A stretch of 64,000 nt of DNA, taken from a virus (Duplodnaviria; Heunggongvirae; Uroviricota; Caudoviricetes). Numbering within the stretch: position 1 is the stretch's first letter; each line of letters opens with the position of its first letter. Positions 10,491 through 19,793 of this stretch are shown here, in pieces. The stretch is taken from the IMG/VR virus record IMGVR_UViG_3300032579_000006, one strand, 5' to 3'. The position numbers and the translations under genes were made by a program. The notes beneath the pieces are model-generated. The model saw nothing but the letters and a program-made list of their open reading frames with translations. It had not been told where the DNA came from and did no database searches.

Positions 10491-10847
10491 ATGTTTCTTT
10501 TTGAATTCGATCAGGATAGCGCACAAGTCGCAAAAATTGTTGCGCTAACCAATCAATTGAAAGATGATGTAGAAAACGGCGAAGTTGATAGTGACAATTT
10601 TACCGTTGATGAATTGCTGGATTACTTTCAACAATATGACGTTATTCTAGATGTTAACGATTTATACAACATGATTAAGGTCGCGCCGCTCAAAACACTT
10701 GTTAAGAACATTCAAGGTGATAAAGTAGTCTTTAAAGGACAAGAAGATGATTCTGCTGAGACAAAAGCACCAGAAGATGAAAACAAAAAGATAGTATCTA
10801 AAATGGCCAATTCTGCGCTATCTAATCTTAAGTCAGCCAATAAATGA
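10491..10847 (+). CDS. acidic hypothetical protein
   Basis: The ORF track lists 10434, but the ATG at 10491 avoids overlap with the preceding gene. Confidence 0.4.
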   Translation: MFLFEFDQDSAQVAKIVALTNQLKDDVENGEVDSDNFTVDELLDYFQQYDVILDVNDLYNMIKVAPLKTLVKNIQGDKVVFKGQEDDSAETKAPEDENKKIVSKMANSALSNLKSANK

Positions 10848-10894
10848 TAGCCCAATACCATTGATTTGATTATACATTACTGTATACTGTACAG

Positions 10895-11581
10895 ATGGCT
10901 ATAACTAATAAATTCCCTTATACAGACCTACAAAGAGTAAATGTTGACGGATCAAGAAGATACGTAACTCCTGATGGTAACAAACTACCTTCTGTAACGA
11001 CTATACTCGATGCTACAAAATCAGAAGATTCGAAAAAAGCACTTCAAAATTGGCGAAATCGTGTAGGTCATGCCAAAGCTCAGGAAATCACCACTGAGGC
11101 AGCGGGTAGAGGTACTCGTATGCACAAGTGGATCGAAAACTACATTAAGTTAGATGCTACTGGTGATCCAGGTACTAATCCATACAGCACACAAAGTCAT
11201 GCTATGGCACAGAGCATTATTTCTCAGGGACTAGTCAATTGCACTGAATATTGGGGAACCGAAGTAGGTTTGTATTTTCCTGAAATCTATGCAGGCACGA
11301 CAGATTTGGTCGGAGTTCATGCAGGTGATGAAGCGGTTATGGACCACAAACAAACAAATAAACCTAAAAAGCGCGAATGGATTGACGACTATTTCGTGCA
11401 AACCACTGCATATGCTAATGCTCATAACGAAGTTTGGGGAACCAAAATTCGAAAGGGTGTTATTTTTATGTGTTCTGCTGACGTGATCTATCAAGAATTC
11501 ATAATTGAAGGAAATGAGTTTGATCGTTATGCTGACTTGTGGTGGAAACGAGTAGAACAGTACTACACTAAATTCCTTTAG
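10895..11581 (+). CDS. PD-(D/E)XK family nuclease (phage exonuclease / Cas4-like fold)
   Basis: GTTDLV...DEAVMDHK gives a D...D-x-K arrangement typical of PD-(D/E)XK. Confidence 0.5.
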   Translation: MAITNKFPYTDLQRVNVDGSRRYVTPDGNKLPSVTTILDATKSEDSKKALQNWRNRVGHAKAQEITTEAAGRGTRMHKWIENYIKLDATGDPGTNPYSTQSHAMAQSIISQGLVNCTEYWGTEVGLYFPEIYAGTTDLVGVHAGDEAVMDHKQTNKPKKREWIDDYFVQTTAYANAHNEVWGTKIRKGVIFMCSADVIYQEFIIEGNEFDRYADLWWKRVEQYYTKFL

Positions 11582-11641
11582 CGGAATTCTAATATGTAAA
11601 GACTAAATAAGAGTATATACCAGTTGGGTGAAAATACTCTT

Positions 11642-13741
11642 ATGTCGATTTTACAAATTTCAAAACTTCAAGTTCGTACAGGTAACCTAGTTGATCTACC
11701 GCAACTAGATGAAGGTGAATTTGGTTGGGCCACAGATAATAAACGTTTGTTTGTAGGTAAAACTACTCCTAACGAAAACATTGAAGTTCTTACTGGCTAT
11801 TCGAAAATAGCCTTCAGTCAAATTGATGGCGTGGTTGGGAACCTTTTAATTACTTCTCCAACTGCTGGACAGGTACTAGCGTACAATGGAAGTAGTTGGG
11901 TAAACACAGGTGGGTCTTCTGGTGGCACTTTAAATTTTGGTAGTATATCAAATGTAAAAATTACCGGCGGAGCTATTGGTTATGTGTTAAGCACTGATGG
12001 TTTAGGTAATCTTTCTTGGACACCAAAAGGTTCACTTTATACCAACATCGTGGCTCTAAGCAATGATACTCCTGTTGTCATGACAGTAGCAAATACTACT
12101 CCATACACAAATGACTTGCAGGTTACTATTAGTGGTGTTAACGGTGTTGCTAATGCCAATGTTAATGGTAACACATTTTATGTTAAGCTTGCGAGTGATT
12201 TCCCTTCGTCTGGTAACGTATCCTTGTATACTGATGCAGGTTTAACTACTGGAGTTAATGGAACTGGATTAACTTACACCAATTCTCCCAACGCTATTGC
12301 AACTGCTATTATTTCTTCGGGTAGCGGAACCGCAGCAGCTGGCGGTTCAAACACTTCAATTCAATATAATGCCAGCAGCGTGATAACTGGAGATGCAAAC
12401 TTAGTTTATGATTACACAGGTAAGGTTTTATCTCTTAATGGTGACGCAAACGTAGGTAATCTCAACTCCAACGGTATTGTTACATCTACTAGATTTGTGT
12501 CAAATGTAACTACCGGAACTGCACCATTTACAGTTACATCGACTACTCAAGTAGCAAACTTAAATTCTGCAACCGCAGGTACCGCAGGTACGGTAACAAC
12601 TAACGCACAACCAAATATCACATCAGTTGGTACACTAACATCATTAACAGTTACTGGAAACATAAGTGGTGCAAATATAATTGGAAACCATTATGGTGCC
12701 GGCAACAACCTATCTAACATTCAAGGTGCAAACGTATCGGGTGCAGTCGCATACGCAACTACAGCAAACGCAGTGGCAGGCGCCAATGTTTCAGGCGCGG
12801 TAGGTCTAGCCACATATGCTACGACAGCAAACGCAGTGGCAGGCGGCAATGTTTCTGGTACAGTTTCTTCTGCAACTAGTGCTACGAATGCAGCCGCAGT
12901 CCTTAATAATTCAGCATCAACTGGTACTTATTATATTCCATTCATCTCGTCTACTGCGAATGGCAATTATACACACGCATCAAATGCCAACTTCTTCGCT
13001 AACCTAGCTAATGGATACATCACTGCTACTGGTTTTGTAGGAACACTTAGTGGTTCTGCTACATCTGCAACTACAGCAGGTACAGTGACAACTAATGCAC
13101 AACCAAACATCACATCAGTTGGTACGCTGTCCGCAGTCTCCGTTACTGCAAACGTAACAACGGGCGGAATTAAGACTGATAATTATTATTATGCCAATGG
13201 CGTAGCAATTAGTTTTGATGGCGCATATAGCAACTCAAACGTCGCCTCATATTTGCCTACGTATACCGGAACGGTAGGAGCAACCGCGCTTACTACTGGA
13301 GCAAACACAACTGCCGGAACAATCACAGGTAATTGGTCCCTGTCTAGCGGATCAAAACTACAATCAACTTACGCTGACTTAGCAGAATACTATACCGCTG
13401 ATATTAGCACATATGAACCCGGCACCGTATTACAGTTTGGGGGAACAGCAGAAGTAACTGTAGCCTCCCCCGAAACAAGTAGGGTCGCGGGAGTAGTTTC
13501 TACTAATCCTGCATTTGCCATGCATGAAATATGTGCAGCACCTGCGGTTCCAATTGCACTACAAGGACGTGTGCCATGTAAAGTTACGGGTTCTATTAGA
13601 AAAGGTGACATGCTAGTAAGTGCGGGATATGGACGCGCAATGGCGTCATCTTCTCCGTCTATGGGCACAGTTATAGGTAAGTCTCTAGAAGACTTCGACG
13701 GTCTCTTCGGTGTGATCGAAGTAGCAGTAGGTAGACTATAA
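11642..13741 (+). CDS. tail fibre protein with C-terminal intramolecular chaperone (peptidase S74-type) domain
   Basis: Ser/Thr/Asn/Gly-rich repeats. The C-terminus (YADLAEYY...SRVAGVVSTNPAFAMHE...[12 protein letters not shown]...GKSLEDFDG...IEVAVGRL) matches the self-cleaving chaperone domain of phage fibres and endosialidases. The ORF track start is a TTG at 11624. Confidence 0.75.
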   Translation: MSILQISKLQVRTGNLVDLPQLDEGEFGWATDNKRLFVGKTTPNENIEVLTGYSKIAFSQIDGVVGNLLITSPTAGQVLAYNGSSWVNTGGSSGGTLNFGSISNVKITGGAIGYVLSTDGLGNLSWTPKGSLYTNIVALSNDTPVVMTVANTTPYTNDLQVTISGVNGVANANVNGNTFYVKLASDFPSSGNVSLYTDAGLTTGVNGTGLTYTNSPNAIATAIISSGSGTAAAGGSNTSIQYNASSVITGDANLVYDYTGKVLSLNGDANVGNLNSNGIVTSTRFVSNVTTGTAPFTVTSTTQVANLNSATAGTAGTVTTNAQPNITSVGTLTSLTVTGNISGANIIGNHYGAGNNLSNIQGANVSGAVAYATTANAVAGANVSGAVGLATYATTANAVAGGNVSGTVSSATSATNAAAVLNNSASTGTYYIPFISSTANGNYTHASNANFFANLANGYITATGFVGTLSGSATSATTAGTVTTNAQPNITSVGTLSAVSVTANVTTGGIKTDNYYYANGVAISFDGAYSNSNVASYLPTYTGTVGATALTTGANTTAGTITGNWSLSSGSKLQSTYADLAEYYTADISTYEPGTVLQFGGTAEVTVASPETSRVAGVVSTNPAFAMHEICAAPAVPIALQGRVPCKVTGSIRKGDMLVSAGYGRAMASSSPSMGTVIGKSLEDFDGLFGVIEVAVGRL

Positions 13742-13852
13742 CATCTCCTATTTTTTTAACCTTATGATAAATATAGAAAGAACACTCTGTTGAGAGTTTA
13801 CGCGGTTACCCACCGCGTAGTGGCTAGAACCCACACATAAAGGAGAAAACAA

Positions 13853-15121
13853 ATGGGACGTCCTCTAAAGATTGCGAAGGCACAAGCAGTCGTAACTATC
13901 ACAAACACAACTACTACGACCAACGTCGTAACAACTTCAGCAAATTTCACCACGCTAGGTATTATTGCAGGTATGCCGTTCGTAACTGCATCTAGCATCG
14001 GTGGACTTACTGCCGGAAAGCTATATTGGATTCTTAGCATATTGAATGCAGGAAACAATAGCACCTTCACTGTTTCTGCAACACCGCTTAATGCTAATCC
14101 AACTAATGCACAAGTTCCACTAAGCACTGCTTCGGGTTCTGTTTCGACTACTGTTGCTCCAGTTGACATGTATTTCAACAATCCAACCGGATCACAATGG
14201 CCTGCAACTAATGCAAACACTTACTCAGTAGTAGGTGGAAATACTGCTCTTTACGGTAATCAAGTTCTATGTAATGTAGGATTTGGTGTAAACGGCACTG
14301 GTACTGAGTTTGCTTCCACGTCAAGCAATGTGGTTGTAGGATTAGGTACTGATTTTGCAAACGTTGCAACTGGTACTATTCTTTACGCAATTTGGGCTGA
14401 TGGATCACAACAACTTTTAGGAACTACGACCTCAACTAACGGCAATCTAACGGTAGCTGTTGCTAACACTACTGCAACAGGTAACGTTATAGGTACTTCA
14501 GGTAATGCTCAAACACTTACTGTAAATACTCCGGTGGTATTTGACGCATCCTTCGGTAACCTAACTGCAGGTACAACTTACTTTGTCAAAACTATCGCTA
14601 ACGCAGCAGCATTCACTGTTTCTACTACACCAGGCGGCGCGGTGCAGGCACTAACTTCAAACGTTAGCGTAACTGGAAATGCAGTTCAAAATCGTGTTGT
14701 GTTGAGTGCCGTTTCAGCTAATAACTCAAGTGGTCCAACTGGTTACGGAGACCCATTCGTTCAGGTTCTTCCAGAAGCAGGATACATTGTGCGTCAAAAG
14801 GGCAAGCAAAAGTATTTGGTAAAGGGCACTACAACTGGTATCGTGGGTGCAGCATATACTGCTAATCTTGCTAATACTGCTCTAACACCAAACACAATGA
14901 CTATTACTGCAACTTATGCAAATAGTTCAACTGTTAATGTTCAAAGCTTGAGCGATCACACTGCGGAACTATTCAGTTCCACTTCAGGAACTACTGCTAC
15001 CGGCAACATCGTTCTAGAAAATGCAAACCCTGCATATGCAACGTTCAATAGTGCAGCGGCAGCAGACGCAAATACAGCAAATGCTCAACCTTACCCAATC
15101 GTGACTATCGGCGCAGCGTAA
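13853..15121 (+). CDS. Thr/Asn/Ala-rich structural protein (fibre- or decoration-like)
   Basis: Strong SD AAGGAG. The composition is like that of the fibres. A 7-bp hairpin lies in the leader at about 13807-13827. Confidence 0.45.
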   Translation: MGRPLKIAKAQAVVTITNTTTTTNVVTTSANFTTLGIIAGMPFVTASSIGGLTAGKLYWILSILNAGNNSTFTVSATPLNANPTNAQVPLSTASGSVSTTVAPVDMYFNNPTGSQWPATNANTYSVVGGNTALYGNQVLCNVGFGVNGTGTEFASTSSNVVVGLGTDFANVATGTILYAIWADGSQQLLGTTTSTNGNLTVAVANTTATGNVIGTSGNAQTLTVNTPVVFDASFGNLTAGTTYFVKTIANAAAFTVSTTPGGAVQALTSNVSVTGNAVQNRVVLSAVSANNSSGPTGYGDPFVQVLPEAGYIVRQKGKQKYLVKGTTTGIVGAAYTANLANTALTPNTMTITATYANSSTVNVQSLSDHTAELFSSTSGTTATGNIVLENANPAYATFNSAAAADANTANAQPYPIVTIGAA

Positions 15122-15134
15122 GGCGTAGAATACT

Positions 15135-15455
15135 ATGGCGATTCAAACTTCAGTTGAGCAATTAAATCAGACCGAAACCGAAGTTGCGGTCCTTCAGGTA
15201 AAGTACAAAAACATTGATGAAAAAGTCAGTGATTTGAAAACTGACTTGAAGGACCTTCGCACTCATATAGATAAGCACATAGAAGATACTCAAACGCTTA
15301 TTAAAGAATATCAAATTGAAAATGTTAAGGCTCACAAAGAAATGGCAACCAAAATCACCGCTTTAGAAAAGTGGAAATGGATGATTATGGGAGCAAGTGT
15401 ACTGGCAGGAGCAATGGGTTGGCCAGTACTGGGCAAATTATTAGGTATGCACTAA
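15135..15455 (+). CDS. coiled-coil protein with C-terminal transmembrane anchor
   Basis: An N-terminal heptad-like region is followed by WKWMIMGASVLAGAMGWPVLGKLLG. Confidence 0.4.
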   Translation: MAIQTSVEQLNQTETEVAVLQVKYKNIDEKVSDLKTDLKDLRTHIDKHIEDTQTLIKEYQIENVKAHKEMATKITALEKWKWMIMGASVLAGAMGWPVLGKLLGMH

Positions 15456-15863
15456 TTATTTTTCAAGCGATCTTAGTTTTTCATTAACGATATCAATATT
15501 GACAGTAGAAAATAAACCAGGATGTAATGGTTTAGGGTACTGTCCTTCTTTAACCCAAGCATATCCCACGTGTTCGTCGTTCAACACCGGAATAAATTCT
15601 TCTGTAACTTCACAAAAAAATGTATTATATGTGAATGAGTTATTCACAAATTTTTGAATTGGAATGAGCTTCCATAATGGATTAAACATTCCTATTTCTT
15701 CAGTACATTCTCGTTGGATCCCTTCATACAGGGTTTCAGTTTTTTCTATTTTTCCGCCCGGTATACTCCATGTAGGATTTTTTTGGTCGGCTCTCAATAG
15801 ATACAGGTATCTATTAGTAGAGGTGCTGTAGAAAAACACACCTGCTGCTTGAATAATTGTCAT
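15456..15863 (-). CDS. Nudix hydrolase
   Basis: Canonical Nudix box GGKIEKTETLYEGIQRECTEEIGM (Gx5Ex7REUxEExGU). Confidence 0.8.
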   Translation of the reverse strand: MTIIQAAGVFFYSTSTNRYLYLLRADQKNPTWSIPGGKIEKTETLYEGIQRECTEEIGMFNPLWKLIPIQKFVNNSFTYNTFFCEVTEEFIPVLNDEHVGYAWVKEGQYPKPLHPGLFSTVNIDIVNEKLRSLEK

Positions 15864-15895
15864 ATTGGTATTTAATCTGATATATCGGTGATATA

Positions 15896-17272
15896 TTAAA
15901 TGACTATCGAATAGTCACCCTGATCATACCAACCCTCCACAGATTTAATCCACATTCCCTGAGTGTTTACATAACGATACTGAACGTTTGTGGTTAGATT
16001 GGTCACAAATTCTACACCAGAAGAAGCTTGGCTATCAAATGCAACAAACCATTGTCCCGTTTCAGCATCATATTCGATGATGTCATTTGCATTGGCTACT
16101 AAATTTCCCCAAGCAATAGTGCTGTCACCGGTATGACCGATATGTTCAACGATTAAATATCTTTTATTTGTAGTAGGTCCCGGAAGCCCGGCATTAGGAC
16201 CAGTTAGTAATGGATTGATAACACTATCTACTGGTGGCATTGTGTTTTGAGGTAGTGTATCCGGATCAATATTATAGATCAAGAATCTGTCATCCGTTGG
16301 ATTAGGTACGATAGTCCCCACAATGTCATTTTCCATATATGGGTTCTGTAGCCAAATTTGCGAGATACCCGGCACTACCGTACCGTATACATTTAGTAAA
16401 CTAGACCAATACAAGTCGGTGTTAGGACTGATTGGTTGTTCAAGGTCTGAATTACTAGGAAAGAATGCCTCATCTGCCGGAAGAAGTTGCAGTTGATTGC
16501 CTATTAATAATAACTTATAGCCATATGGCGTAATTTTTTGTCTAGTACCCAATAGAAGGTCTTCATCCTGAACATCTTGTAATGCAGTACCTTGATAGAT
16601 AGATGCTATAATTTTTTGAATGACTCCCATCTTCTTGAGTTTAGCAGCAGTCGAGAGCCAAACAGGCATATAGAACTTCCAAGTCATGATGTCGATAGGA
16701 TTACCTGTACCTTGAGGAATAGAACGACTAGTGAATGTAAGTCCGTCTTGGAACACAGATGACAACGAAGTCCAGTCTATAAAGTTATCAGTGCTTTGAA
16801 TTTCAAGAGCAGGATTGAATAGTGTCCCCAGCTGTTCGATGATTTCTAGTTTCTGCTGATAGTTGGTAGTCCAAAAGTCAACAGTTATTCTTAGAGTATA
16901 CGGCACTGGCATCAAGCGCTCAATCGTAAATGCTTGTCCTTGCGTAGTGTCATATGTCTGGGTTTCTTGATTATATGCACGCTGTCTCACATTCAATCTA
17001 TCAACAAACGTGGGATCCTGAGTCCACTTTTGATTATACTCTAATCCACTGATATAATATGTAATTAGCGGCGCCGTAGGTAGATTGCTCGCACTGTTGT
17101 TGGCGATAATGGTAGCAGCTTGTCGGCTACTATCCCCGTACATGACAGGTATTCTAACGATAATATTGTTACCGTTAGGATCTTTTCCTTTAGTGACGTT
17201 CCAAGAACTAAAAATCTTAGCAAATTGGATTAGATAACGTCGGATTTGATTGTCGTAGAAGAATTCAGCCAC
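15896..17272 (-). CDS. structural protein (baseplate/neck candidate)
   Basis: 458-aa ORF co-oriented with the 593-aa ORF in a minus-strand block inside the structural region. Confidence 0.4.
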   Translation of the reverse strand: MAEFFYDNQIRRYLIQFAKIFSSWNVTKGKDPNGNNIIVRIPVMYGDSSRQAATIIANNSASNLPTAPLITYYISGLEYNQKWTQDPTFVDRLNVRQRAYNQETQTYDTTQGQAFTIERLMPVPYTLRITVDFWTTNYQQKLEIIEQLGTLFNPALEIQSTDNFIDWTSLSSVFQDGLTFTSRSIPQGTGNPIDIMTWKFYMPVWLSTAAKLKKMGVIQKIIASIYQGTALQDVQDEDLLLGTRQKITPYGYKLLLIGNQLQLLPADEAFFPSNSDLEQPISPNTDLYWSSLLNVYGTVVPGISQIWLQNPYMENDIVGTIVPNPTDDRFLIYNIDPDTLPQNTMPPVDSVINPLLTGPNAGLPGPTTNKRYLIVEHIGHTGDSTIAWGNLVANANDIIEYDAETGQWFVAFDSQASSGVEFVTNLTTNVQYRYVNTQGMWIKSVEGWYDQGDYSIVI

Positions 17273-17283
17273 TTAACATCTCA

Positions 17284-19065
17284 TTATTCTGGTGGTGGTA
17301 CGTCGGGAGTCAATTGTAAAATTGAAGATAGAGGCTGCGCTTCTGGCACACGCTTCCCTTCATTATTTACATAAATTTCATTGGTATCATTAATAAAGCT
17401 TGACAGCAACGATTGGTTTGCGTTAGATTCGAATCCGGTTTGTGTTCGAACATTTTCGGAGATTCTAACCCACATTACTCCGTCCCAACGATATAGAAGT
17501 TGCGGTAAGTAGTCGATACGTAAGAAGTATTCCCCGACTTGTGGATTTTGCGGGAACGAAATGCCGGCGCCAGTCGCTTCACCGTTTGGTGCAGTGCCGT
17601 CTCCTATCAAATAACCCATCGTATATCCGAACGATCTAGGTGTAGAACGAGTGATATATTGATAACCTGGAATACAGTCTGCACGATAGTCCATGTTTAT
17701 GGTTATATCGCCGATAAATCCGGTTGCAGTAGGATCCTGGTCTGCTGTAGCATATGTGTTATCAGCAGTACCGTACGGGCCATACGCCATACCTAAGGAT
17801 TCAATAGTGAGTAATTTATCTGATTCGACAGATCCTGATCCTCCCGCCGTTCTTTGAGGAGCTACCTCCACCACTTGCAATTGTGCCTGAACAAACGAAT
17901 CTATTTTTTCTATTCCGACCATATCCGCGGTCATGTCCCAAATACTTTGCATTACTTCTTTGGAAACTTTAATTCCGGCCGCTGCATTTCTATAGCGAGG
18001 ATCACGTATCATCACGACTGATCCATATGCTACTGGCGTATTATTTAAGTCTACTGCAAGATTGATAGGCGGAGCAGGTTGGTTAATTTTATCGGACAAC
18101 GTTCCATTAGACTCATACGTACCATAAGTAGGTACGATATAAAGATTGCTGGTATCGTGTCCTGATTTTGGAAGCAAGCGCTCTGCTTCCTTTAAAGCGG
18201 CATCATTGATTGCAATATTTTTGTTGTACGTTGATAGAATATCTGCCAAACTGCCGTCTGACACAACTTCCCAGTATGCTGCATTTGGTGGTGTTGTACC
18301 GACGGGAACATCGGTTGTTGATTGATAAACAACACCGCCGTAGGTAACGGTATATCCCGGCGGATAGGTTTTAGTAGGATCAAAGTCCCCTAAATAATTA
18401 TCCTGTTGAATTGGAGCGTTAAGAATATCAGCAAATTCTTCAGAGTTCACTAGAGGCTCGCACTTAATTCGCCAAAGATGCGGGAACCATGTTTGCGAAA
18501 ACCCTTCACTTGCATAGTTAGCATCTGTTATTTGCATGAAACGTTTCAGTGCAGTAGGGATAGCTTCGTTGAGAGGATTATAGTCCAGCAAGTGCGGCAA
18601 CTCCAACACATCTCCTACCATCAGTTTACGACCGATTATGTCAATCATATCGTTATAGTGAACTGTGATAAAAATGATGTCGTTATTCAGAAAAAGTCCA
18701 AATTGACTTAGATCAAAATCCAGATTCTGCACATTATAGTGCCCTCGCAGGCGATATATGTTTGAGTCGTATTTTCTATCTCTGTTTTCCAAAAACAGTA
18801 GATCCTGAATTTGAGTCGGATCAGGATCTACATACTGCGGCTGCGTGTAATCTATAGAAGGTCCTTGATTCGTGACTCCTGCATATTTATGGATATACAG
18901 GTCTGTTCCGCCGACCGTTAACATTTCTGAAATCGTGCGGTCTAAGAACCTATAATCGTTCTGCTTATTCGGGCGGTATAAACTAAGTCGTGGCATATCT
19001 TTATTTATCGTCGGGTCTACGATAAAAATGTTGACAAGTCTACAGTACCCTGCTAAGTTGAACAT
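17284..19065 (-). CDS. structural protein (baseplate candidate)
   Basis: 593-aa ORF. No diagnostic motif was recognised. Confidence 0.4.
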   Translation of the reverse strand: MFNLAGYCRLVNIFIVDPTINKDMPRLSLYRPNKQNDYRFLDRTISEMLTVGGTDLYIHKYAGVTNQGPSIDYTQPQYVDPDPTQIQDLLFLENRDRKYDSNIYRLRGHYNVQNLDFDLSQFGLFLNNDIIFITVHYNDMIDIIGRKLMVGDVLELPHLLDYNPLNEAIPTALKRFMQITDANYASEGFSQTWFPHLWRIKCEPLVNSEEFADILNAPIQQDNYLGDFDPTKTYPPGYTVTYGGVVYQSTTDVPVGTTPPNAAYWEVVSDGSLADILSTYNKNIAINDAALKEAERLLPKSGHDTSNLYIVPTYGTYESNGTLSDKINQPAPPINLAVDLNNTPVAYGSVVMIRDPRYRNAAAGIKVSKEVMQSIWDMTADMVGIEKIDSFVQAQLQVVEVAPQRTAGGSGSVESDKLLTIESLGMAYGPYGTADNTYATADQDPTATGFIGDITINMDYRADCIPGYQYITRSTPRSFGYTMGYLIGDGTAPNGEATGAGISFPQNPQVGEYFLRIDYLPQLLYRWDGVMWVRISENVRTQTGFESNANQSLLSSFINDTNEIYVNNEGKRVPEAQPLSSILQLTPDVPPPE

Positions 19066-19342
19066 TCACTCAATAGGAAATACGATGAACAAGAATCAAG
19101 AGTACGTAAAGCAAATTGACGGTCAAATCATGAGCTTGCAAATTAATAAACCTGAAGGCTGGGAAGGAACTGTTTCTTATCTCCAAATGGCTCTGACCGA
19201 CGTAATGGGACGATTAAGTGCAGAAGAACTTGCAGAAGTTCGTGCCTCTCAAACTCAGGTCATGAGTGCCGAAGAAGCTAAGGTCCGACGGGCCGAAGAA
19301 GCCAAGGAAATGGCTAACAATCGAGATAAACCGAGTATCTAA
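19028..19342 (+). CDS. hypothetical protein
   Basis: 104-aa ORF at the start of a GC-richer island. Confidence 0.35.
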   Translation: MLTSLQYPAKLNIHSIGNTMNKNQEYVKQIDGQIMSLQINKPEGWEGTVSYLQMALTDVMGRLSAEELAEVRASQTQVMSAEEAKVRRAEEAKEMANNRDKPSI

Positions 19343-19371
19343 CATAGGCTAGAAAGCCTAAAAGAGCAGAC

Positions 19372-19743
19372 ATGCTACCTCCGATATCTGATGAACAAAT
19401 GATGTGGTATATCCTTAAGGGGTATACTATTAACGTGGACGTATTCGGAAATCGGGAGTGGTGTCTAAACGGGCAGTGGCACCGAGAAGGCGGCCCGGCG
19501 GTTGAAGATGCGAACGGAACTCGGTATTGGTATCTTAACGGGCAACTTCACCGAGAAGACGGCCCGGCGGTTGAAGATGCGAACGGAACTCGGTATTGGT
19601 ATCTTAACGGGCAACTTCACCGAGAAGACGGCCCGGCGGTTGAAGATGCGGATGGAACTCGGTATTGGTATCTAAACGACCAAAGCATGACCGAAGAAAA
19701 ACACCGAGAACTCACACAAAAGAAAATGGCTAATATCGGTTGA
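19372..19743 (+). CDS. MORN-variant-like repeat protein
   Basis: Four copies of a 23-aa unit NGTRYWYLNGQLHREDGPAVEDA. Two 69-nt units (19492-19560 and 19561-19629) are identical at the DNA level. Confidence 0.55.
   Translation: MLPPISDEQMMWYILKGYTINVDVFGNREWCLNGQWHREGGPAVEDANGTRYWYLNGQLHREDGPAVEDANGTRYWYLNGQLHREDGPAVEDADGTRYWYLNDQSMTEEKHRELTQKKMANIG
19492..19629 (+). repeat. perfect 2x69-nt tandem duplication inside the MORN-like gene
   Basis: 19492-19560 is identical to 19561-19629. Confidence 0.8.
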
Positions 19744-19793
19744 CTCCTACTTCAACTGATATATAATCAAACAATCGACAACGGAGATATCCA

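Noticed and set aside
17421-17440. TTCGAATCC (tRNA T-loop-like) inside the 593-aa gene
   Set aside because: There is no flanking GG or complementary stem and no acceptor stem. It is chance similarity inside coding sequence.
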